DNA of 64,000 nucleotides from Candidatus Omnitrophota bacterium (GTDB lineage Bacteria; Omnitrophota; Omnitrophia; Omnitrophales; Aquincolibacteriaceae): NCBI GenBank assembly GCA_043808175.1, contig JAZDFE010000040.1, positions 1,410 to 65,409 of the forward strand, read 5' to 3'. Shown piece by piece: positions 48,801 to 60,800 of this stretch (position 1 is its first letter; each line of letters starts with the position of its first letter). The notes under the pieces were generated by a model. It saw only the letters and a program-made list of their open reading frames with translations, ran no database searches and was not told where the DNA came from. The position numbers and the translations under genes were made by a program.

Positions 48801-51800
48801 ATAACCCCTCCCATATCCCCATCACAGTCATCGGGTAAAGGTCAAACATCTTTGCCAGATCCTCCGGGCTTTCTAACTCCTTTTGGCCGGGATGTTTCTG
48901 GATCCACGAACTTAACTCCTCTATCCTTTGAGAATACTCCTGGACCCAGGCGCGAAAATCTTCCATCCTTTCCCAGGCCGTGTTCCGGGCCGTTTTGATG
49001 TCGTATTGCTTTAAGCTCTTGCTGATGACATCAATTGACAGTCCGTATTTTCTCGCAAAATACGCAGAACTCTGATCGGTACTCTCCCCCCTATGAACCC
49101 TGCACCACGCCCGAAACATTAATCCTCTATCATTGGCTGTCGAAAGTTCCGGGGCAAGCATGATGCTGTGGCTATTCAGGATCAAGGCTGCTGTCCATCG
49201 TGACAGATCGTATCGAAACGCCAGTTCCTCCAAGCTTACCGAGCTTCTTTGAAAGGGATTTTCCTCAGCCCACGCTTTGGCCCACGCGTCCAACGCGGCC
49301 CTCCCATTGCGAACAGCTTCAAGTTCGCTTTTTGTCCGAATCAAATTCTTTTTCAATAATAGAATGACCTGCTCGGCCGGCAAACCCAATAAACTCACCA
49401 ACTCTTTGAATGTTTCATGAACTCTTTGGTTGCGATGCGCCTCTGCCCATGCCTCGGCAAAAATTACGCGGAGCACTTTAGCCACTTTAGTCTCAGAAAT
49501 ACCGAAAAGCCCGGCGAGTCGATTTGCATCGACCGGCTTGCCTCCATGTCTTTGGACCCAGTCACGAATAGTTTCTTCGTCCGTGGCTTCGTCCTGAATC
49601 CGGGTCTTGGGGTGCTCGCGTTTAGATATTATTTGGGCACCAACGCCGGTCATGCCTGAAATAACAGGCGGGGAACGTAACGCGGAAGATTCCGCTTGAG
49701 AAACTCCGTCCTCTTGGCGCATTTCCGAACGTTTAAGATGCAGACATTGAACGCGGTCTAAGTTGCCCACATAAGGCGTGCGAAGGGTCCATCCACTCAG
49801 AAGATCCTCGCGGATTCCGTAGTCTTCCCCCGTCAGCATATCAATGACCCGATAAAGAGAACCTTGATCGATCACGTGGGTAAGTCCCTCGAAAACCTCC
49901 GTCGTGATCTTTCCGTCACTTGCGGCATCACGGTCATGAGCGGCGAATTGCAATGCCACAAAAAAAGAATCACCCTTGGCGTCTTTTCGGGCAAGAACAA
50001 GTGATCCGTGATGAGAAGAGCCAATGACATAATAGTTATGTTGTTTGGCCGCCTTCGGGATTTCTCCGAAAGCCGTTTGAATTTCGGCCACGGTCTGGCT
50101 GATTCTTTTGAAAAATTCCGGGTCCCAGGAAGCGACCTGCTTTGATGTTTTTAACAGGTCCGGCCGGAGCAGACCGATCAGCGTCATCAGGGGTTTTAAA
50201 TTCTCTCCGAAAAGACCGGCGGCATTCTTCCTGTCAAAACCCGCGAGAACCGCCAACTGCTCTGCAAAGTGATTGGCAGGAATTCTCCCTTCCGCCAGCT
50301 CATAATTCGCGCTCGCTTCACGGATCGACCGGCTGAGGGAATCCATGGCTGAAGGTTCTTGTTTAATGACCCCAACCAACGTTGCGGTTAGCGGTAGTTC
50401 GTAGTCCGCTCTTGTTTCGCGGATTAACCGCGTTAGGGAGTCGATTGCCAGAGGCTCCCGTGTCCCGGCTGCCACTCTTGCTAGGATCGAAGACAGCTCC
50501 GTTAATTCCATGGGACGCCATTCGATCACTTCGATACCCAGAGGCATCGCAATGCCAACCCCGACTTCCATTTCGGATTCTGCGACCGAATCTTTCTTTT
50601 CCAGCACCGCGTAATCATTTTCCATTTTCGGCTCCCACAGATGAATGAACTTCACATTTGTCGCATTTTCGGTCAACGTGAGAAAGGCTTGCTCGTCAAT
50701 GATCACTTGGGTGCGCGCTTTTAAACCTTCAAAAGAGGCGTCTTTTTCACGGTGCGCGATGGCTCCCATGTTAAGGTTGACCATGACCGGCCGTTGGCCT
50801 GCGGGGGCAAAGACAAAAGACCGGATCTTATTCTCGCGGGTTCTTAAGGCACGGGCATCCGGGTGCCCGTCAAGGTAACGCGCGATATAATCGGCCCATG
50901 GCTGGTAGTCTGTCCCGACGTTTTGGGTCAATTCTTCCCTCAACACCTTCGCTTCCCGAAGATATTTAGCGATATCTCCCTTGGCAGGATCTGCCTGCAT
51001 GTAACGTTTGAACCAATTTCCCGCCATGCGGACCAGAAGCATTTCTGTCAGGTCCAGGGCCTCAAGATTAAGGGCGATGAGCTCTCTATCACTCGCTGTT
51101 TCGGCCTTGGCCGCCAAGCTTTCGATCTTGTCCTTGAAAAGCTGTAGTCCAGAAGACATGTGGTTAAGGACGTTTTTCCGAAGATATCTAAAAATATCTC
51201 CATGATAAGCGTGATGTTTCAGGCTTTCCAGGGCAAGCAAACCACGGGTCGAAGGATGCGGGGCCAATAAGGCCTCCGCTTCTCCCCGTTCCCCTCTCGA
51301 AACGAGATCGCGAAGTCTTTCCAGTTGTCCGGGCGTCAACTGCCGTACAGTTTGCCAGGTCTTCATATGGCGGAATGAAAGAAACCATCCGAAAAGGCCT
51401 GCCCCTTGGACGGAATACCTTTCAAAAGGATGGCGGGTTTTCCACCCGAAATCGTGGGCGTTCATCGGGACAGCGTAATCCGAGGACTCGAACCGGAGTT
51501 GCTCGAACATTGCTTCACGCTCTTCTTCCTCCTTGAGCATATTTTCGATCAAATAGGCGTGCGCCATCGCTTGCCCGGTCACCATGTCCACTTTCCAGGA
51601 GTTCGAGATCGCATAATACATGCGCTCGCGCCGCGTCGCGGGATCCGAACGAAGTTTTTTCACTTGTTTCAAGGCCTCTGAAAGGCTCCTGGCGGAGGGA
51701 CGCCTTCCCCCACCTACTTGGGTACTTTTCTCGCTGTCATTATAAGCGACAAAAATACCGTCCCGGATCTCCCATTCCCCGGTCCGCAATTTTTCGCGCA

Positions 51801-54800
51801 GGATGTCCTGAGTAATGACTGTGGTGTTCGGTTCCCCTTTTTCATTCAAAACCTCGATCTTCTCTCCGGTGGCTTTGACCCGAATGTCCCAGACCTCGGG
51901 ATTGCTGCCGGCATAAGGCCCGACCACCTCCCCGCGGTTGGCTTTGACCTTCATCATGAAAGTGGCCGAAGCCTCCAGGTCTTCATCCGATAACATCGCC
52001 GCGCCTTGAGCTCCTCTAGCAATGATCTGAGCTTCGTAATAGGTGTAGTCTTCAAGAGTCCCGATGCGATCTTCGAGTCCCATTAATTCCGTCAGGAACC
52101 GGATATACAGAAAACGGTCATGGGCCTCATCTAGATCAAAGGTCCGGCCGCCGATGAGCACGCGGCAAAGCTCTTTTCGCAATTCTTCGGCCGCCGGCTG
52201 CCCTTTTAGTTTTTCTTTTAGCATTTCAAAGGCTCCACGGTCGAGCTTACCCTCTTTCCAAGCCCAGAACCGGCCATTGAAGGGACGGACCCCTTCCATT
52301 TCATTGGAAAGGCCGGCCTCTTTCGCCGCCTGTTGGACTAAGCCGGCAAGTATCTCCTCGTATTTATCCGGACCTTTGTAAGGAACTTGCCGCCGAACAT
52401 TGCAAACCATCGGGTCTCCGAGAATGAGATCACGGGCTTGCGCGAACTTCTCTTCGAGTTTCAGCCAGTCTTCGGGGGCATCATCCAAAGCGGCTTTTGA
52501 AATGAGCGCTTCCATTTCTTCCAAATGCTGCACGAGCTCTGCGTCGCTCATCTGGTGCTGCTCCTTGTACGCTCTAAAGGTGTTCCCCAGCCAGTCCGAG
52601 GCGCCCTTGAATTTCCGTTTCTGACGAAGCCAAATCAAGAGTTTGGCGCCGTCCGATGCCCCGACCCATTCCTGCTGGACCTTGAACTGTTCGCGAAGCT
52701 CCGGGTTTTTGTCCAATGCCTCAAAGAACTGCCGGTCATTGGCTTCTGCGGGAAGTCTGTGTTCCGGTTTCGAGATCGAAAGCTTCTTCTTGCCCCGTTC
52801 GATCAAGGTCCTTTCCTCCCGGGATTGCCAACGCGGCAAAAAGATACCGTTCGTGCTGCGGATCTGCTTCGCCTGGTCATAAAAACCGATAACGCGGTGC
52901 CCGGCCGCCCGGAAAATGTTCCTCAAAAGCGCGGGAAGATGTTCCACGAGATTCACGCCGGTGATCAAATGGAAGACCTCCGCCGTGAAATCCGCGATAC
53001 TGATCAAACCGTCATGAACGATCGTCGATCGCAGCCATTCCGGAAAATTCAACATTTCATAATAACCCTCCCAGGCCTCCCAAAGCCCCGGCCGGAAAAC
53101 TGTGTGATTTAGCGTCACGCGCTTTGCTTTTTTAAGGTAGCGTATGGGTAAACTGACGTATACTTCATGGTCGATGAGAACAACATTGCCCGGGTTGGGG
53201 TCCTTTTCAAGGATCTGGATTAGACGCTCACTCGCGTCCCTAAAGAACGCCATGTCGATCTCGCGTTTGCCCGTATCATCGTAGACTTCCAAAAAGGCCG
53301 GCTCTTCCTGGCCGTCCGCCCGTGTCGTATAAGCATCCAGATAGTACTGGGGCGCCTTATGGACCATGGACTGGGTTTTGTAGACACGGAAAGAGATCAC
53401 GCGGGGCTTGGGGGAGCCGGGGACATTCAGGGAAACGTCAAATTTGATGCCGGTGTCCTCCATTTGTTCCTTCGCGATCTTCCCAAGAAGTTTTCTGAGA
53501 CCTTGCCCATCAAGCCCTTTAAGAGGCATGTTCTTGATAAAGTTCCAAAGCGGATGGATCCCGGTCACATTCAGCCCGATCGCTGCCCAAGCTTCAAAAA
53601 GGTCGGGCATCAACGCCCCGAGCCCCCCGGTGAGCGTGGCCATGGAAATTTCGCCGGCCGCATAGGCCCCGTACAATTTTTCGATCTCCTCAAGAAGGTC
53701 CATCGGAAGGCCGCATTCCCACTGACGGCTGTAAATGTGGCTTTTGGCGGTACGCGGCGTATGGACTGCGGCCCATTTCTGTTCTTTGACACCTTCGTCG
53801 GAACTTTGCCGTATTTCGGAACGGCTTGTCTTATCGACCGCTTCATCTTGGTCCGCGGAACCGCGCGCGGTCTTTTCACTCCAAAGCAGATCGAGGTCTG
53901 AAACGACCGTAACGTTTAATTTTTCGAACGCTTTTAACTCCTTCTCAAGGTTCGTGGCATCGCGGGAAACCGTTATGTAGTGAGACGCTCCGGAATATTT
54001 GTCGACGACATGGATATTTCTCCCCTTCACTTGATCTAAAGATATTCCTTTTGTCTTCAGGAACTCCGAAGGTTTCATTGTTTCAAAGCCTTGGAAATCG
54101 GCCCTGGTAAAATAAAAGAGCGATCTTTCTCTTGTTGCCTGTTTCCTCTTTTTTAATTCGGCTGCATGGGATTGGAATCCCGCTATAAAATCTTCGGCAA
54201 CCCCGATCCTATCGGGTATTCCGAGGTCACTCAGATGAAGCGCGGCGCCGTTCATGTAGTCCCGGCCCTCACGAGTCCCAAAATATTCAAATCCCTTGGC
54301 TTTACCGTCCGCGATCGCTTTGAGCCCCTTGGTCGGGAATTTCCTTACCCTGTAAGTTAAAAGGTCCTTGAACCACGCGTAAAACTCCCCCTCGGTATAG
54401 ACCCCCTTCACCCGGGCCCAAACCGCCATATCTTCGGGAGCCGTCAGGTGGATAAAATTCTTCCGGGACGTCATTTTACTGCCCGAAAGCCCGAGGTTGG
54501 GGTCATTGCGGAAAGCGCGGCCGCGTAAACTGTCGGGATGCTTTTGCGCGGCTTCTTCAGGATCGGTCTCGCCGGCGAATTCCTCCTTCATTTGTTGAAG
54601 TGTCGCCGCACGCGCCGCCCCCGGGTCTTTTTTAAGCCAAATCGCGACCGTGGGATGCTTTGCCTCCGTGAAATCCTTCATAAGCGCCGGCAAAAATCCG
54701 TTCAGGACCGGAATCGTTGCCCCGCGATAATGCTCCGGAATATTTTTCCCTTTGGGAAGCGTAATGAGGCCGATATGGAACGCTCTTGCCGCGGCAGCAA

Positions 54801-57800
54801 ATTTTTGGACCGTCCCGGAAACGGCCCAGAGCCTCGCGAGAGCCTCCGATGAAAGACCGGTTTTTTTCATAAGTTCCGCCGCTGAAAATACGGGGTTGTC
54901 CGTCTCAAGCAATTTCTTTGAATAAGACAAAGACGCCAAATATCCTTTTAAGTCCCCCCGCTCTTTCTCGTTCAGCGCGGCCCATCCCTTCGTGGCTACT
55001 TCCGTATGCCGCGGGTAGTGTTTCTCCATGATCTTCTGCTCGCGGATATCGCCGGCACTGACCACGTGAACGGCGTTCGCGAAGTAACCACGTCCTTTTG
55101 CCGCAAGCAGGATCTCGTCGATCGTCCTTGGGGTGATGGGACCGATGGAAGGCTTGATGAGAAGCACAAGGCTGTTTTTCACTATGGGACTTCTCAGGAA
55201 CTCGCCGTTCCCCACATCGACATACCCCGTCAGGTTTGTCCGGTAAAGCTGGTGCGTCGCGGCCGCGATCTCGTCATTTGTTCTCGCTTCCGAGCGGCCG
55301 GTGAACGCGAAGCGGTTCGTCCTGGCGCCTTTATAAACCTCCATATATTCGGGAACGACTTCATCCCATGAGCGAACGGACTTCATGGCTCTCTTCTGCA
55401 TGGTGGTGAAGCCTTCGGGGTCATGAGAGTACAGGTTTGCCGCCCGAGCCGTTGCTAAATAAAGATCCTTGCTAAGATCCACGCGTTCTATATCTGCCTG
55501 TGTTAATCTCTCAAGGTACCCGAAGCGAAAACCCGTGCCTTGACCCGGGGATTCATCAGGATCTTCCACGGTGCTGATATGACCTCCCGTTGCCCGCACA
55601 ACGGGAACGACGCCGTAACGTTTCATTTGCTGTTGGATTATTCCCGCAGGTTCGAAACGGGATGGGACAAGCCCAATGTCCGCAGCAGAGAGCGTTTCAA
55701 GAACGATTTTTCTTCCCATAAGTGGTAAAAATTTGAACCGGCCTGGAGCTTCTGTTTCCAGGTCGGAAAATTCATTTTCAAGATAAGCATCCCCTGTTCC
55801 GACAACCGACAACAGCGCCCCCAGCCCTCCTTCACTCCTGCTACGCAAAATGCGTCTGGATGCCCCCAAAACCCAATCTATTCCCTTTTGTTCGCGTATC
55901 CGTGAGACCGCAACTATCAAGGGCGCGCCCAGGTCCGCCTCGAAACCGCGTCGGAGCAGGAAGGATTCTTTATTCGACCGTTTAGGACCAAGATCGTCGG
56001 CGGAATAACTTCCATAAATGCCGAATGGTTCTGCGGGATTCCAAAGTTTCGTATCCAAAGCGTTCATGATCCCGACGTAATCCCCGCTCCGACTGCGAAG
56101 CACATCCTGAAGCTCAAAGCCTCCTTCGGGTGTCAGCGTATGGTCCCTAAAGTCCTTGCTTACTGTTGTGATCTTATCCGAAAAAATAATGCCCGCTTTC
56201 GCGGGATTAACTTGTCCGTAAAACTCCAGACCCCCCATGGGATCCAGTTCTTTTGCGGGGATCCCCAAGGCAATCAGCTGGTGGCGTTTTTCCTTCATAG
56301 GATAGCGAAGCTGGTAAGCGACCCCCAGGTTATGAATGGTATAGACCGTAGCCGTGTCAAAAAATTGGCGGTCTTTCACGAAACGCATGAGGGGGATCAC
56401 CAGCGCCGTTTGCGCGTCGTGCGCTTGGACAATGTCGGGGTGGAGGGCCAGAACATCCATCGCCTCAACGGCAGCCCGGGAAAAAGTGGTCGCTTCCCAA
56501 AAAGTATCGGCCTTCGTCTCATCATAACCCTCTTGGAAATAATCGGGATTCCCTATGAAAAAAACCGTGACATTTTCCAGTTCGGTTTTAAAGATCGTAA
56601 ATTTGACGTTCCCAAGGCTCGTGTGGATCTCAAAAGACTGGACTTTTTCGATCGGAAGCCCGCTGTCCCAGATACTTTTGTGCGCCGGCAAGATGACCGA
56701 GACATTTATGCCTTTGTGGGCCCTTTTGAAAACCGGAACGAATTCCCGCAGAACGTCTTTCACCCCGCCGACCTCAAAAAAAGGCGCCATTTCATAGGCA
56801 ATATGAACAATTCTTTTGATCTCGAAATTCCTCGCTTCCGATCGAGCGGGAGAGACGAGGAGCGAATTGCCGGCGCCAGCAACAATGAACTCGGTAGCAG
56901 AACCATCCAAATAGTTCCTTCTAAATGCATCGCCCAAGGTCACTCTCCCTTGCTTATCTACTTCCCAGACCAAAACCCGAGAATAGACTTGATCGTCGTA
57001 GCTCCGTGCCTGGACCGGATCTTGAGGCCGGGCTTCTTGAATGAGCTTTTGCCATGTTTCGAGATCATAAATTCGCAGTCTTTGCGGATTTTCCTCGGGC
57101 TCCCCGATAAGGACAGCCTTTTCACCTACCAATTTTTTAAATCGTGCGGGAAGTTTGAGTCGTTTTTTATCGTCCATCGGTATGGTAAAAGACCCGAGGA
57201 ATGGACCCGCCGCCCTCACTTCTGAGCGCTGCCCTCCCTCCTTCGGGGTGAGAACGATCAGTCGATAATCCGTGTCCTTAAAGGAGATGCCCAGGATCTG
57301 GGGAAATTCCGCTCCGCCGTGATGTTCTTTAACAATGGGGAGACGTTCTCCCGTCAGCGCATCTTTGGCTTCCCATCCTTCCGGCGGAACATTTTCTCCT
57401 TTGGGGACAGGAAATTCGACGAACCGAAGGTCGAGCGATCCTTGGCGGGGTCGAAGGTTCACCGCAAAGACCACCCATTCCCCTTTTTCGGTCCTCCATC
57501 CCAGGCTCACCACGCGGTCCAAGCTCGCGTTATCAAGAAGCCGGATAAAATTCTGTGTTGATCCTTTCACGGCCGCCATGAGTTCCCGCTTGAATTTTGC
57601 GACCGGAGCCTCGCGGATCGCCCGTTCCAGTTTCCCGATATCTGTTCTGATGGCAAGTTCCTCCGCAGTGCTCACGAAGGGCTTGGCATGCTCCCCCCGC
57701 AAAGTGGCGTGACGTCCGGTAATGTCCCCGCCGACGATCGGCCGAACATCGCCTCTTTGGCCTAACGCATCCCGGAGCATAAGCAGAACGCCAAGGTCCT

Positions 57801-60800
57801 TCGCCAGATAGGCTGTTACGAATGAAAGGGCGAGCACGCCGGCGACCGAGAATCCTTTGCCGAGGTCTTCGGGGTAATGCGCCATGGCATTAAGGGAGTT
57901 TTGGTCAAAATTGGTGGGGTACAAAAGAAAGCGTTTCTTTGTTCCCGGATGCCGGACCCCATAAAGGAGCACTTCTTCGATTATTTTCCCGATTTTGTCG
58001 GCCCCTACGAAGGGATTGCCCGAAAATTCGAGCAGGATTTTAAAAAGGTTGTTGTCATAAACCGCGATCGGGGAGGGCGCCCCGGCCTCGATCAGGGCTT
58101 CTTGATCGTCTGGATCGTAGGCTTCAAACACCACTTCCATGGAAGCGTCTTTCAGGATCTCCCGAAGAGGATCTATTCCCCTAAATGCTTCGGGATCCAA
58201 ATCGGCCGCCTTAAAAAATCCAACCAGATTCTTTTTCAACAAATAGCTCCCCATGTCGCCCCGGACCGCATCAAACCCCAGTTCCTTGAGAAACTTGAGC
58301 GACTGCTTATAATAATCCTGGACTCCCGGAGAAAAAATATTGAGAAGGACCTGATCGGCGTTATAGTTGCCCTCGCCCATCCCGGGAAAATGCCGGATCA
58401 GCACGACCTCTTCCTCGTCGTCTTGGCCCATTCTCCGGGCGAAAAAAGCTCCTTTTTTTTCTCTCAATAGATTGTTGATGTACGTTTGTTTCTTTTCCTC
58501 GGAAAGACTGCGGAAATACCGGTTTGCAGCGGGGATCAGTCTTTCGTGGAAGGTCCAATCCAGATTATTTTCATCGATAGCATCAGGGGTGAGCCAGGGA
58601 ATGAAATCGGCCATGGTTTTGATCCCGAGGCTGTGGGCTTTTTCGTTGAAAGCGCGAACGTCCTTTTCCGTTTGCTCGACGGTCCCGGGGCCCGCCTCGG
58701 AATCGGACAAGCGGGGGTTGAGCTTTAACATGCTGGTAATAGAAAAATTATTCGCGCCGTCCCGCAGCGTCAACCCGTCCAGCTCGTGACTTTTGGTCTC
58801 ATAGCCCCGGACCATTACGGTCGTCTTCCCGTTCCCGGAGATCAGAAAATGTTCTCCCTTATTCGGGACTTGATGGACGGCCGGCGAGATGTCGCCCGTG
58901 GCAAAAAGGTTGTTATACGGATAGACGCGGCCCATCCCGAAACTCTTCCTAAGGGGTTCCAGCAATCTTGCCGCTTTTTTGAGCGCGCCGAATTCGACGA
59001 TCGCTGTCCCCCGTCTCTCGGACCCGATATCGAGCGGGATCCCCAGCGTCAGCCCCGGAAGATCGGGCATGGTATCGATAATGTCGCGTTTTGGCGCACG
59101 CGTTTCAGAACGGACTGCAGCGGGTTGAGAAGCCGGAACGCCGACAGCGTTTGCCAGAAAGTCACTAACCGTTTTCCGTGCTCTTTCAGAACTAACGACC
59201 TGCCGCAAGTTGCCGAGAAGGTTCGTTCCGAGCTCTGCTAATTTTCTGCGCCAATCTTTTGGAAAAACCTCTTCCAAAAAATACATATCGCTTCGCACCA
59301 GGGCTGCGATCTGAGAGGTCTCTATGGCTTTTCCTCCAAGAAGCGCCGTCAGATAATTCTTCTTGTCCTCCGGCTTTATCTCACCGATACACGGCGTGAT
59401 TTCAACGTAGGAGCTGCCTGCGCGAAGGGCCTTTTCTTTGAGACCTTCGGTATGGAAACCACCGGTGATCAGCACCGCCTTGGTTTGCTTGCGTTCCTGC
59501 ATGCGCGCAAAGGCCCGTTCTATCATCCTATCTTCACGCTCGATCGCTCCTTCGTAAAAGCGGATTGCCGTCCCGTAAAGAGACTGGAGGCGCAAAAACT
59601 TGGGCGAAGGGTTCCTGTTCTGACCCTTCGCTTTCGGGTCTTGAGCCTGAAGCTCCTGGAGAAGTTTCTCGAGCGTGATCTTGTCAGAGAGGATGCTTTG
59701 GTATTCGCTGCGGCTTAGTTCGAGCTCAAAGAGTTTTTTGATAAGGCGGAAGTCCTTCAGGATCCCTGTAAACTGCCGGTCTTGTTCAGTCTTGATAAGA
59801 CGGGCTGTCAGTTTTCCGGTCAGACTTTTGATCTCATCCTGCAAGGCGTCGCTCTGTATCTCGCTTAAGAGAATGATCTGCTGGAGATAAAGCCTGAGAT
59901 TGGGGAAGGGATCGAATGAAAAGTCTTTGGGAAGCTGATCGAGCAATCTTTCGAAAACGAAGCGGGTTTTGTAGGCCGGGAAGTCTTGTTTTTTCGCCTG
60001 CTCAAAAACCTGTTCGACTTCCCCCAAAAGGGACTCGTTTGGGGCGCTCGTTTTTCGATCCCCGGTTCCCGAGGAGTGTGTCATGTTTTTTCGGATTTCT
60101 TTCAAAAACGCCTTCTTTTCCACGTCGACCTTCACCGCATCGATCTTGGGGTCGATCGCCTTCAACCGGAAATATCTGACAAGAACCGGCCAATCTTTTT
60201 GTTCCTGAACATGGTCCAGGTTGAGTTTGAGATTACGAGCCGCCGCCGTTTTCAGGGAAACCGTCCAATCCGCAAGTGGCAACCGTCCCTCTTCGAAAGC
60301 TGTTTCACGGGTCAAGAATTCTTTCAAGGGCTTACTCATTAAAAGCGAGGAATATGTCTGCCACTGACGGTAAAAGGTTTCTAAAAAGTCCTGCGCAAGC
60401 TTGCGCCCTTCAAAAACCCGTTTGAAAGCCTCCCGGTTTTTAGCATACGTCTCCGCCTTCTCAACGCCCCAGGCCTCGGCTTTCTGATCGTTTCCTTTGC
60501 TGATCATGAACGTTTCGGCGCCCGTAAGCTCGCCCGCTTGCATCAGTTTTTCATTGATCGCTTGTTGGAGCCTGGGTTCCTGAGGAAAAAAGTTAAACAG
60601 TTCGGGTGTAAGCTTATTGCCCGCACCTTCCAAAAGGACCAGTCGGATGCCGTAGTTTTCGGAGAGATGCTCGAGGATATTTTTAATGTTCTTTTGCGCA
60701 TCATAATTGGCATGGGCTTCCTGGATGTGGATGAGAAGGGAACCGCCTTCAGAGCCTTTGACCCTGTCCGTAACCTTGCCGAATTCCGCGGGAATCGTGA

